Translations under genes and position numbers: made by a program
NCBI GenBank assembly: GCA_041601615.1
Contig: JBFIHX010000011.1
Location: forward strand, 1 to 64,000
Direction: 5' to 3'
DNA: 64,000 bases
From: Thermoplasmatota archaeon
GTDB taxonomy: Archaea; Thermoplasmatota; E2; JACPAO01; JAHFTW01
The notes under the pieces: model-generated
The model's input: only the letters and a program-made list of their open reading frames with translations
What the model was told of the DNA's origin: nothing
Database searches by the model: none
Part shown: positions 28,275 through 36,305 of the stretch, in pieces
Numbering within the stretch: position 1 is the first letter of the stretch
Layout of the letters: every line of letters starts with the position of its first letter

Positions 28275-28679
28275 TTAGGCGTCGCAGCCGCCGGCTCCGT
28301 TCACGGTGTCCCAGATGCAGCTGCCGCCTTCGCTGCTCCAAATGCTGGTGCGTTCGGACTTTACTCGGTATCGAACGAAGTTGTCCTTCTGGACGAGGGC
28401 GCATTGGTCGGCGGGAACATCAACGAGGGTGTGTTCGATCCCGAACAATTTGGTCTTGACCGTGATTGTGTTTCCGGCCAGTGGTTCGGCAAAGAATCCG
28501 CCGCCGCCGGGAAGTCCAGCGCATTGCTTGTCGATGACCGTTGCGTCGATGCCAAAATCGGAGGCGTATAGGATGCCGCCGGTGGCGCCAAGGGCACCTA
28601 CGAGGCCGACGACGCCGACGACAATCCATGCGATGAGGCCGAGGGCTTGTTCGTCGCCAAGGAGGGAGTTCCGGTTCAC
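28275..28679 (-). CDS. Membrane-anchored or secreted protein with a class III signal-peptide-like N-terminus
   Basis: GDEQA|LGLIAWIVVGVVGLVG followed by a 4-Cys beta-rich domain; TTCAAG 24 nt upstream of the GTG. Confidence 0.65.
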   Translation of the reverse strand: MNRNSLLGDEQALGLIAWIVVGVVGLVGALGATGGILYASDFGIDATVIDKQCAGLPGGGGFFAEPLAGNTITVKTKLFGIEHTLVDVPADQCALVQKDNFVRYRVKSERTSIWSSEGGSCIWDTVNGAGGCDA

Positions 28680-28726
28680 GGGTGGCCGATTCCTGGAGGG
28701 GGCCTTGAAGGTTGTCGCGGGTCGAT

Positions 28727-30508
28727 TCACTCGCTGGCGTAGTAGAATTCCCCGGCTGCTCGCTGTTCCCGGTCGAGGCGGGAGCCGGGCTTGTTGATGC
28801 GGGGGCGGTGGGTTTCGTTGTCGCGGCGGAAGGTTACGTCGACGCCGTCGAGGAACTTGTTCATGCCGTCGCGCAGGTCGAATGGGCCTTGGGCGATGCC
28901 GTGGGTGCCGGGGTTTCCGCCGAACACCATCATCGAATCGGATACGAGGTCCAAAAAGTAGACGTCGTGGTCGACGATGAAGGCGCTGCGTCCTTTCTTT
29001 TCCATGACGCGGCGAATGGTTTTGGCGGCCTGGATGCGCTGGTTGGAGTCGAGGTAGGCGCTGGGTTCGTCGACGAGGTAGAAGTCGGCGTCGCGGTGCA
29101 GGCACAGGGCAATGGCGACGCGTTGCAGTTCGCCGCCGGAGAGCCGCTTGACTTGTTTTTCGAGGAGCGTGTCCAGTTGCAGGGGTCGGGCGATTTCGGA
29201 GCGCTCGAAGCCGCTCATGAGGAGCTCGGGGGCTTCGGTCAGGAGCATGTCTTTGACGGTGCCGTCGAAGGTGGCGGTGATGTATTGGGGCTTGTAGCTG
29301 ACGCGGGCTTCGGAGTCGATGCTTCCTTCGTCGGGTTTCAGGACGCCTGCGAGCATTTTGGTGAAGGTGGTTTTGCCAGTTCCGTTGCTGCCGACGACGC
29401 CGACGACTTCCCCGACGTGGATGGTGCCGGGGCCGGATTCGATGGTGAAGTTGCCTAGGGTCTTCTTGAGGGCGGGGTAGCGCAGTAGTTCGTTGAGGTC
29501 TGCGTGGTGCTTCGGGGGCTTGGTTTCGAATTTGATGGCCTCGTCGCGAACACGGATGTTTTCGTCGGGCAGGTAGCCTTCGAGGTAGGTGTTGACGGCG
29601 TTGCGGACCGCCTTGGCGGGGGTCATGACGCCGTAGGCGCCTTCGTCGCCGTAGCACAGGTGCAGTTGGTCGGAGAGGAAGTCGAGAATGGCGAGGTCGT
29701 GTTCGATGACCAGGACGCGCTTTTTCTCGGCGAGTTTCTGGATGATTTTGGCGATGCGAAGCCGTTCGTGGATGTCGAGGTAGCTGCTTGGTTCGTCGAA
29801 GAAGTAGACGTCGGCTTCCTTCAGGAGGGTCGCGCTGATGGCGATGCGTTGCAGTTCGCCGCCGCTGACTTGGTCGAGCTTGCGGGTCATGACGTGGTCG
29901 ATGTTCATCTGGGGGATGACTTCGTCCCAGCGTCCGTCGCGGTCCACGCCGCGCAGGAGGTCCTTGACTTCGCCGTTGAATGCCTTGGGAATTTGATCGA
30001 CGTACTGGGGTTTGCGGGCGGTGATGATTCCGTCGTTGACCACTTGCTTCAGGTAGTCGCCTAGCTCCGTGCCTCGGTACTTGGCCAACACGGGGTCCCA
30101 GGAGGGTTCGCTTTCCCAGTCGCCGAGGTTCGGTATTTCCTCGCCGCTGAGGATTTTCATGGCAGTGGATTTTCCGATGCCGTTGGGGCCGAGGATGCCG
30201 ACGGGGGCGCCCAGTTTTGGAACGGGGAGTCGAAACAAGCGGAAGCCGTTCTTGCCGTATTGGTGGACCATGTCGTCCTTGAGGGCCTCGGGCAGGCCGA
30301 TGATCTTGATGGCGTCGAAGGGGCATTTGTTGACGCAGATGCCGCAGCCGATGCACAGATCTTCACTGATGATGGGCTTGCCGTGGCCGCCCATGTAGAT
30401 GGTTTCGGTGACGCCGCTGCGCACGGGCGGGCAGAAGCTGATGCACTCGGAGTTGCATTTGCGGGGTTGGCAACGGTCCTCGAGAAGGACCGCGACGCGC
30501 AGGGTCAC
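28727..30508 (-). CDS. rli: Ribosome recycling ATPase ABCE1 (RLI)
   Basis: N-terminal two [4Fe-4S] motifs (CQPRKCNSECISFCP, CIGCGICVNKCP); two ABC domains; RPRINK.GS.LD. Confidence 0.96.
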   Translation of the reverse strand: MTLRVAVLLEDRCQPRKCNSECISFCPPVRSGVTETIYMGGHGKPIISEDLCIGCGICVNKCPFDAIKIIGLPEALKDDMVHQYGKNGFRLFRLPVPKLGAPVGILGPNGIGKSTAMKILSGEEIPNLGDWESEPSWDPVLAKYRGTELGDYLKQVVNDGIITARKPQYVDQIPKAFNGEVKDLLRGVDRDGRWDEVIPQMNIDHVMTRKLDQVSGGELQRIAISATLLKEADVYFFDEPSSYLDIHERLRIAKIIQKLAEKKRVLVIEHDLAILDFLSDQLHLCYGDEGAYGVMTPAKAVRNAVNTYLEGYLPDENIRVRDEAIKFETKPPKHHADLNELLRYPALKKTLGNFTIESGPGTIHVGEVVGVVGSNGTGKTTFTKMLAGVLKPDEGSIDSEARVSYKPQYITATFDGTVKDMLLTEAPELLMSGFERSEIARPLQLDTLLEKQVKRLSGGELQRVAIALCLHRDADFYLVDEPSAYLDSNQRIQAAKTIRRVMEKKGRSAFIVDHDVYFLDLVSDSMMVFGGNPGTHGIAQGPFDLRDGMNKFLDGVDVTFRRDNETHRPRINKPGSRLDREQRAAGEFYYASE

Positions 30509-30570
30509 GTTGGCTGCGACCCTGCGGTTCTACAAAAGGCGCCCGGAGGTGGCGGGCGTCCGCTGGCGTG

Positions 30571-30759
30571 TCACAGGAGGCAGGGCTCTCCGAATTCTTC
30601 CTCGCAGTAGTCGTTGATGGCGTTGGTGATGGCGCAAAAGAGCCGGCCAAGCGATCCGTCGGGACAAGGAACGGAGAATTCCGAGTCGAGGGATGTGATT
30701 GCGGAGGCCGAGGCGGGCGCTAGTAAGAGGCAGATTGCGATGAGGACGACGTATTTCAT
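30571..30759 (-). CDS. Small secreted 4-Cys peptide (family C, single unit)
   Basis: Signal peptide ending ASA; CAITNAINDYCEEEFGEPC resembles the repeats of 32535-33020. Confidence 0.7.
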   Translation of the reverse strand: MKYVVLIAICLLLAPASASAITSLDSEFSVPCPDGSLGRLFCAITNAINDYCEEEFGEPCLL

Positions 30760-31146
30760 CGGTTGTGAATTGCTGGATGGTGCTTGAGTGTTGCTCGGGA
30801 GAAATGGAACAATTTGGCCGATGCGGGCGCGTACGAGGGAACGGGTTCTGGTTGCATGGTGTCCACTTGCGATGGGTCGTTCCAATGCCGGGTGCCTCGG
30901 TTTCTGGTTGGGTATTCCTTCGGATTTGGCTGCTTTCAGCTGCATCCCGGTCGATATGCGGGCCGTTTCCTTGTTTTCTGCCGTACCCAAGGGCCTCGGA
31001 GCCTTGCCTCACAGCTCCATTCAAGTTTTTGCCCATCCTATTGTTGAGTGCGTTGAAGTCAATATTTTATGATTCGATTTTAGATGATAATTGCCCCAAT
31101 TTAGCTAGATACATGCAAATTACCACGAATCGTTTAAATCAACCAC

Positions 31147-32442
31147 ATGGTTGAACTTCTGATGGCGTCCTCGCTTTTCACCACCGGCTCCCGCGGGCTC
31201 CGGACTGCCCTGTATTCTGCCCTCGGCCTCCTGATGCTCGTTGCGCTAGCCACCGGCGTCCAAGCCTCGATCAACACGGGTGCGTCCGCCCTGGACATCG
31301 CCGAATCCATCGAGAGCGTACCCGACTCCGTCGTGGATGCAGAATGGATCGAACGACCACTCAACGGCACGCCGTCTGCGGTAGCCACCACATTGCTGGC
31401 GGACTTCCCCATCAATGGCGAATCGTACGCCATTCTCAGCAACGGCGATGCCTCCGCTGCGGACGAACCGGACCCCAAGCACCAGGCAAGTAGCGACAAC
31501 AGCGGCCTGCCCGTTCGCGGCCAATCCGACAAGGACGTGCTCGTGCTGCGCATCGGCATCAACGCCTGCGCCAATGGTGTTCTGAGTTTCGACTACCGGT
31601 TCTTCAGTGAGGAGTACCCGCGCTGGACGGACGCGCACTTCAACGACACCTTCGTGGCCGAACTGGACGGCACCTCCTGGACCACCAGCAAAGACGGAAC
31701 CACTGCGCCCCATGCGTTTGTCATCGAAGCCGTCAACACAGCCGCCTTCACGCCCGGTGCCGCCGCCGGCACGCCCTACGGGGGAGCGACCATGGTCCAC
31801 ACCGCCTCCACCAGCATCACAGCAGGCGCCCACGACCTCTACTTGTCCATCTACGACATGGGCCGCGCCACCTTCGACAGCGCCGTCTTCGTGGACAACC
31901 TCCAGTTCCCCACCAACTGCGTGGATCCCTGCGAAGGTTCCTCGGAACCGGAATGCTGTGAATCGGACTGCGTGGATCCCTGCGAAGGTTCCTCGGAACC
32001 GGAATGCTGCGAATCCGACTGCGAACCGGACTGCCCGAGCCTGCTCGACCCGTGCGCCAACCCCTGCTCCAATCCAGCGGCGGTGGGCACGTCCTTCGAT
32101 TCGATGCCGTTCCCCGTCCCCACAGCCGTAATCGTTGGACTCGAAGCAACCTCCAGTTGTGGACCATGCCCGGCGTGGCCGCAAACCACCGCCACGAGTG
32201 AAACGGACATCCTTGCGCCCACCAGCAGCGGCGATGTGGATGTAGACACCTGCAAACCGGTTCCGTGCAGCGCGGGCGACCCGCTGCATGCGGCCTACGA
32301 AGCGGACCAGAACGGCCCCTGGGTGGGCGTTTGGCTCGGCACCACCTATGTTGGTTCCGTGGGTGTCACGGTTCCGGATGTAACTTTGCACTTGGTTACG
32401 GACCTCTCGACGGACGCAGCTGATTGCGTGCCCTCGACCTAG
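31147..32442 (+). CDS. Secreted protein with choice-of-anchor-L-like domain and Cys-rich repeats
   Basis: Signal peptide; ILSNG, FDYRFFSEEYP...FNDTF and D...FDSAVF motifs; CVDPCEGSSEPECCESD repeat. Confidence 0.72.
   Translation: MVELLMASSLFTTGSRGLRTALYSALGLLMLVALATGVQASINTGASALDIAESIESVPDSVVDAEWIERPLNGTPSAVATTLLADFPINGESYAILSNGDASAADEPDPKHQASSDNSGLPVRGQSDKDVLVLRIGINACANGVLSFDYRFFSEEYPRWTDAHFNDTFVAELDGTSWTTSKDGTTAPHAFVIEAVNTAAFTPGAAAGTPYGGATMVHTASTSITAGAHDLYLSIYDMGRATFDSAVFVDNLQFPTNCVDPCEGSSEPECCESDCVDPCEGSSEPECCESDCEPDCPSLLDPCANPCSNPAAVGTSFDSMPFPVPTAVIVGLEATSSCGPCPAWPQTTATSETDILAPTSSGDVDVDTCKPVPCSAGDPLHAAYEADQNGPWVGVWLGTTYVGSVGVTVPDVTLHLVTDLSTDAADCVPST
31916..32022 (+). repeat. 51-bp in-frame tandem duplication
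   Basis: Two near-identical units starting at 31916 and 31967 (2 mismatches). Confidence 0.9.
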
Positions 32443-32534
32443 TCAAGGCGCTCGAAGCAGTAGGATGGAGGAGGTGGATGGCGGACCAGGAAAGTGCGAT
32501 TCCGTTGACTTGCCTGGCCCGCTTCCATTCCGGC

Positions 32535-33020
32535 CTAGCGGACGCAGGGGTCAGGGAGGTACTTGCGGCCGGCGTGGCAGACCGCGTTGATGGCGTCGCA
32601 GGGCGCGCCCACGCAGTCCACAGCGTTCTCTTCGGCGTCAGCTTGCGCAGCCTCGTCGTTGGCAAGGCAGTCTTGGCCGATGACCTTGTCGCAGGCGCTG
32701 TTGCCGGCGCCCACGGCGGCCGTACAGTAGCGGTACCATGGCTCCACAGTCATGCACTGCACCATGTCGTCCCTGGCAGCCCCGACGCACTGGCCACCAG
32801 CGAGGCGATCGCAGACGCGGTTGATGGCGTCACACACATCACCCATGCATTCAGGTTCAAGGGGTGCCGCACCAAGGCAGTTGTTTCCGCTCAGGAACTG
32901 ACACACGGCGTTGATTTGGTCGCAGGGCGGCCCGAAACAGTCGAGCTCGGCGGTGTCTGCGACCACGGCGGTGGCGGGGGCGATCATGAGCAGGCTTGCA
33001 AAGATGAGTAGCGGGTTCAT
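32535..33020 (-). CDS. Secreted Cys-rich repeat protein (family C, 4 units)
   Basis: Signal peptide; repeats CxGxxCDxINxVC-x7-C. Confidence 0.78.
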   Translation of the reverse strand: MNPLLIFASLLMIAPATAVVADTAELDCFGPPCDQINAVCQFLSGNNCLGAAPLEPECMGDVCDAINRVCDRLAGGQCVGAARDDMVQCMTVEPWYRYCTAAVGAGNSACDKVIGQDCLANDEAAQADAEENAVDCVGAPCDAINAVCHAGRKYLPDPCVR

Positions 33021-33203
33021 GGGAATCCTCGTGCCCTGGGTGGGCGCAGGGCATCGGACCAGGCAAAACAAGACGGTTGCGCGAGGTACCCCGATTAGCT
33101 ACCAATGCTTCTTCGCCCTCGCGCATCCGGCTGGCGCCCGTGCCCCAAGTCTTACGAACCGGCGCTCTGTGGAACCGTTGTGACAGGCCTCCCATCGCTG
33201 CCC

Positions 33204-34184
33204 ATGGTCGACGCTGCGGGCGCTGCGAACGCTCCAGATCCCGTGGTTCCCGTCGGCAGCCCCGGCCTCGGCCCCAGCGGCAAACCACGCCTTCCGGAGT
33301 GGTTCAAGGTCAAGGCGCCCGGCGGCGAGTCCTACACGCAAATCAAGATGGCCTTGCGCGAGCGCGGTCTTGCAACCGTCTGCGAAGAGGCGCGCTGTCC
33401 GAATCTCAGCGAATGCTGGGGTGGCAGCAACGGCCACAAAGGCACCGCGACGGTGATGGTGATGGGCGACACCTGCACACGCGGCTGCCGATTCTGCTCC
33501 GTCCCCACGGGCAAACCGCTGGCATTGGATCCGGAAGAGCCGCGCAAAACCAGCGAGGCCGTGGGGATCATGGACGTTGGATATGTGGTCATCACCAGCG
33601 TCGACCGAGACGACTTGCCCGACGGAGGTGCCGCTCATTTTGCGGCCGTCATTGCCCAGTGCAAGGCGGACCACCCCGACCTCCTCGTGGAAGTGCTCAC
33701 GCCCGACTTTGAAGGCCAAATCTCGGGGCTCAAGCAGGTGGTGGCGGCGGGCCCAGACGTGGTGGCACACAACATCGAGACCGTGCGCCGCCTCAGCCCG
33801 CAGATCCGCGACCGCCGCGCCAACTACGACCAGAGCCTCCAGGTCCTTCGCGACTACAAACAAGTGGCGGGGGCCAAGTACACCAAGACCAGCATCATGC
33901 TGGGCCTCGGCGAAACCGAGGAAGAAGTGGTGGAGTGCCTGAGAGATCTTCGAGCCGTGGATGTGGACATTGTCACCTTCGGCCAGTACCTTCGACCCAC
34001 CCAGGAAAAACGTCACTTGCCCGTGCTGGAGTTCGTCCACCCGGACCAATTTGCGCGCTATCAGACCATCGCAGAGGAAATGGGATTCCTGTACGTTGCA
34101 AGCGGGCCGCTCGTGCGCTCCAGCTACAAGGCGGGCGAGTTGTTTTTGGAAGGGCTCATTCGGGGTGCCAATCCGACTGCCTGA
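33204..34184 (+). CDS. lipA: Lipoyl synthase
   Basis: [12 protein letters not shown] auxiliary cluster motif, CTRGCRFC radical-SAM motif, and VRSSY. Confidence 0.96.
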   Translation: MVDAAGAANAPDPVVPVGSPGLGPSGKPRLPEWFKVKAPGGESYTQIKMALRERGLATVCEEARCPNLSECWGGSNGHKGTATVMVMGDTCTRGCRFCSVPTGKPLALDPEEPRKTSEAVGIMDVGYVVITSVDRDDLPDGGAAHFAAVIAQCKADHPDLLVEVLTPDFEGQISGLKQVVAAGPDVVAHNIETVRRLSPQIRDRRANYDQSLQVLRDYKQVAGAKYTKTSIMLGLGETEEEVVECLRDLRAVDVDIVTFGQYLRPTQEKRHLPVLEFVHPDQFARYQTIAEEMGFLYVASGPLVRSSYKAGELFLEGLIRGANPTA

Positions 34185-34374
34185 AAGCAAAGCAGCCCCA
34201 CCCAATTTCTTGCGGGGTTCCATGCCTCGCATCACTGGCCCGCAATGCCGGTCCCGAGCAACATGGCCAATTACATGGAAAGTGTGATGAAATATTGCTA
34301 TTTTTCCTCAATTTTACCGCAATTTGTGCCTGTGGCGCAATGCGTTCTTGTAGTCGGAGCGACATGAAGTCAGT

Positions 34375-34590
34375 ATGTCCAAGAGTGGCGAGGGCAAGGG
34401 ACCTACCTATCGTCAAGTAGGATTGCCCGCAGAGCTTGCAGATGAAATTACAGAGTTGAAGGCACGCCACCCATGGTTGGGATTGGGATCTGTCCGGCAA
34501 TTTGCCCTTGAAGCTTGCCGAGATCGTCTTTTCGAGCTTGAGAAAAAGGCCCAGGAGTACGAAGACCGGGCAAAGCAGCAAAAGAAATAG
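34375..34590 (+). CDS. Ribbon-helix-helix (CopG-like) protein
   Basis: YRQVGLPAELADEI...LGLGSVRQFALEAC; paralog of the N-terminus of 34692-35099. Confidence 0.72.
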   Translation: MSKSGEGKGPTYRQVGLPAELADEITELKARHPWLGLGSVRQFALEACRDRLFELEKKAQEYEDRAKQQKK

Positions 34591-34691
34591 TTGCGAAGGG
34601 GCCCAGGGGCGTTGCATGCCACCTTGCGGTAGTTGGCGATGTAGAGTTGGGTGTTTGGCGATGCTGTTGCAGACTCGTTCTGCCAGGGCGG

Positions 34692-35099
34692 CTAGAATTT
34701 CATTTGTCTAGGTCTGCCGCCCTCACTAGCCGTAATTGGCCACTTATTCATTTTCCCATGTATGCCTTCCCTATTTCTACTAAATATTGCGGAATGCTCT
34801 ATTTTTGAATCAGCGATAGTTAAATTTAGGTGCTTAATGATTATTTCAGAATATTCTCGGGGAAGTGTGTCTTTTAGAACCCCAAGCAACACATCATGCC
34901 CTAGTTTTGATGTTGCATACAATCCATCCACGGCTAATCCAATTTTTGTAAGCCGAAGTTGCTCAATGATGGCATGCCTAGCAAATTCTGAAAGGCTCCT
35001 AAACCCTAGTTCCGGGTGTTGTGTTATGATGTGTACGATTTCTTTTGCAAGGTCTGCTGGAAGGCCTGCCTGTCGAAAGTTGCCGCCGGTTTCACCCAT
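34692..35099 (-). CDS. RHH protein with C-terminal extension
   Basis: FRQAGLPADLAKEI...LGFRSLSEFARHAI; GGAGGT SD upstream. Confidence 0.72.
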   Translation of the reverse strand: MGETGGNFRQAGLPADLAKEIVHIITQHPELGFRSLSEFARHAIIEQLRLTKIGLAVDGLYATSKLGHDVLLGVLKDTLPREYSEIIIKHLNLTIADSKIEHSAIFSRNREGIHGKMNKWPITASEGGRPRQMKF

Positions 35100-35136
35100 G
35101 GTTGTACCTCCGTTGTCCAGTTTGGGCTTGCGAATT

Positions 35137-35206
35137 CATGCCATTTCCCATGGAGGAGTATGCTAAATTTAAGGTATTTCCATGATATTTTCATGACTTT
35201 GCCATG
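35137..35206. promoter_or_regulatory. Phased CATG boxes, putative RHH operator
   Basis: CATG at 35181, 35192 and 35203 (11-bp period), plus 35137 and 35149, flanking a TTAAAT TATA-like box on the minus strand. Confidence 0.5.
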
Positions 35207-35226
35207 GCATTTTCCAAATTACTCCT

Positions 35227-35568
35227 TTAGTCGTGGTTTTCCTTAACTGTATCAATGAGTGGTAGCATAATCAAATAGTCATTCATCCTTTTTTCGCCAA
35301 GAATCTGATTTAACATATCTATGATAGTATCTTCCCTTGGATTTGCCAATTGAAATTCTTTTTTATTTTCTAGTTCTTGACATGTTCTGGCAAAATCTTC
35401 TATTTTATGGGAAATAAATTCCGAGAACGTTCGATTTCGATAAAAATCATCGGCATTCCTCTCCAACTCCCAGAGCTTTTTCATGTCATCCGGGAGGTTA
35501 ATGATGTTCAATTTACTTTCACCACACACCACGGATTGATTAGCAAGGATTTTACTCCTTCGGCTCAA
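35227..35568 (-). CDS. RHH-like hypothetical protein
   Basis: IINLPDDMKKLWE...RTFSEFISHKI pattern; open frame in AT-rich DNA. Confidence 0.55.
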   Translation of the reverse strand: MSRRSKILANQSVVCGESKLNIINLPDDMKKLWELERNADDFYRNRTFSEFISHKIEDFARTCQELENKKEFQLANPREDTIIDMLNQILGEKRMNDYLIMLPLIDTVKENHD

Positions 35569-35733
35569 CGCATTGATTCTGCCCCAATTGCCCGTGCTTT
35601 ATATGCAAACTATCGGAGTGTACCCTTCATATCCATAACGTCCTTTCAATGGAACGGAATCCCAGAGTCATCCTGCATATCTGTGACTAGTGGGGAGGTG
35701 ATGTTAATGAATCGTGTCCACGGTGAGCTTCCT

Positions 35734-36303
35734 ATGCGCATCGCATCCCTTGCCCTCGCAATTTGCATCCTGGCCCCCCTCGCCTCGGCCATGGTTGAAG
35801 AGGCACCGCCACCCCAGCGCCTACACGCCGAGGCCCTCGACGGAATCAACGTCCAAGTCTCATGGACTGCGTCACAAGACGCTGATCCCGTTGGCTACCG
35901 CGTCATTGCCCAAGGCCGAGAAATAGCCTACACCACAACGACATCAGTTCTAGCCAAATGGGCGCCTGAATACCTTGTCACCGCAGTCTACCAAGACGCC
36001 GAGGGATTACGCGAAAGTGAACCCGCATCCGTCATGGGCCCCGTGCCCCTGGTAGGCGGCTACTTGTTTGGCGACGACGCCCCGGTACGGTTGATGCTCA
36101 ACCTAGGCCCCGACGATGACGAATACAACCCCCTCTACCGCGCCGCCTGCATCCCCAATCGAGCAGCTACGGATTGGGACGACCCGCCGTTTTTGTTTGT
36201 TGGATTTACAAGCTCGTGCCAACAGGGACTTTGGTGGACCATTGGTGTAAACGGATGGGTTATAGCAAACGAAGCAGTCGGCATAGTATACGGAGTCTTC
36301 TAA
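35734..36303 (+). CDS. Secreted protein with fibronectin type III-like domain
   Basis: Signal peptide; PPPQRL...VQVSW....DPVGYRV and Y.VTAV......ES.P. Confidence 0.72.
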   Translation: MRIASLALAICILAPLASAMVEEAPPPQRLHAEALDGINVQVSWTASQDADPVGYRVIAQGREIAYTTTTSVLAKWAPEYLVTAVYQDAEGLRESEPASVMGPVPLVGGYLFGDDAPVRLMLNLGPDDDEYNPLYRAACIPNRAATDWDDPPFLFVGFTSSCQQGLWWTIGVNGWVIANEAVGIVYGVF

Positions 36304-36305
36304 GA

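Larger units (their letters stand above)
34190..35700. other. AT-rich island carrying three small RHH-like regulators
   Basis: Visibly much lower GC than the flanks, especially 34690-35650; no integrase or transposase seen. Confidence 0.75.

Noticed and set aside
10679-30356. Long Arg/Pro-rich alternative-frame ORFs (for example 10679-12598, 2078-3094, most of 28275-30356)
   Set aside because: They are shadow frames of well-supported genes in high-GC DNA.
32535-34184. Cys-rich repeat peptide next to a radical SAM gene as a ranthipeptide or sactipeptide cluster
   Set aside because: The radical SAM protein is a canonical LipA (auxiliary Cx4Cx5C motif, RSSY) with no SPASM or RRE domain. The peptide has a Sec signal, which points to disulfides.
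34190-35700. AT-rich island as a provirus or IS element
   Set aside because: No integrase, transposase, terminal repeats or tRNA target is visible.
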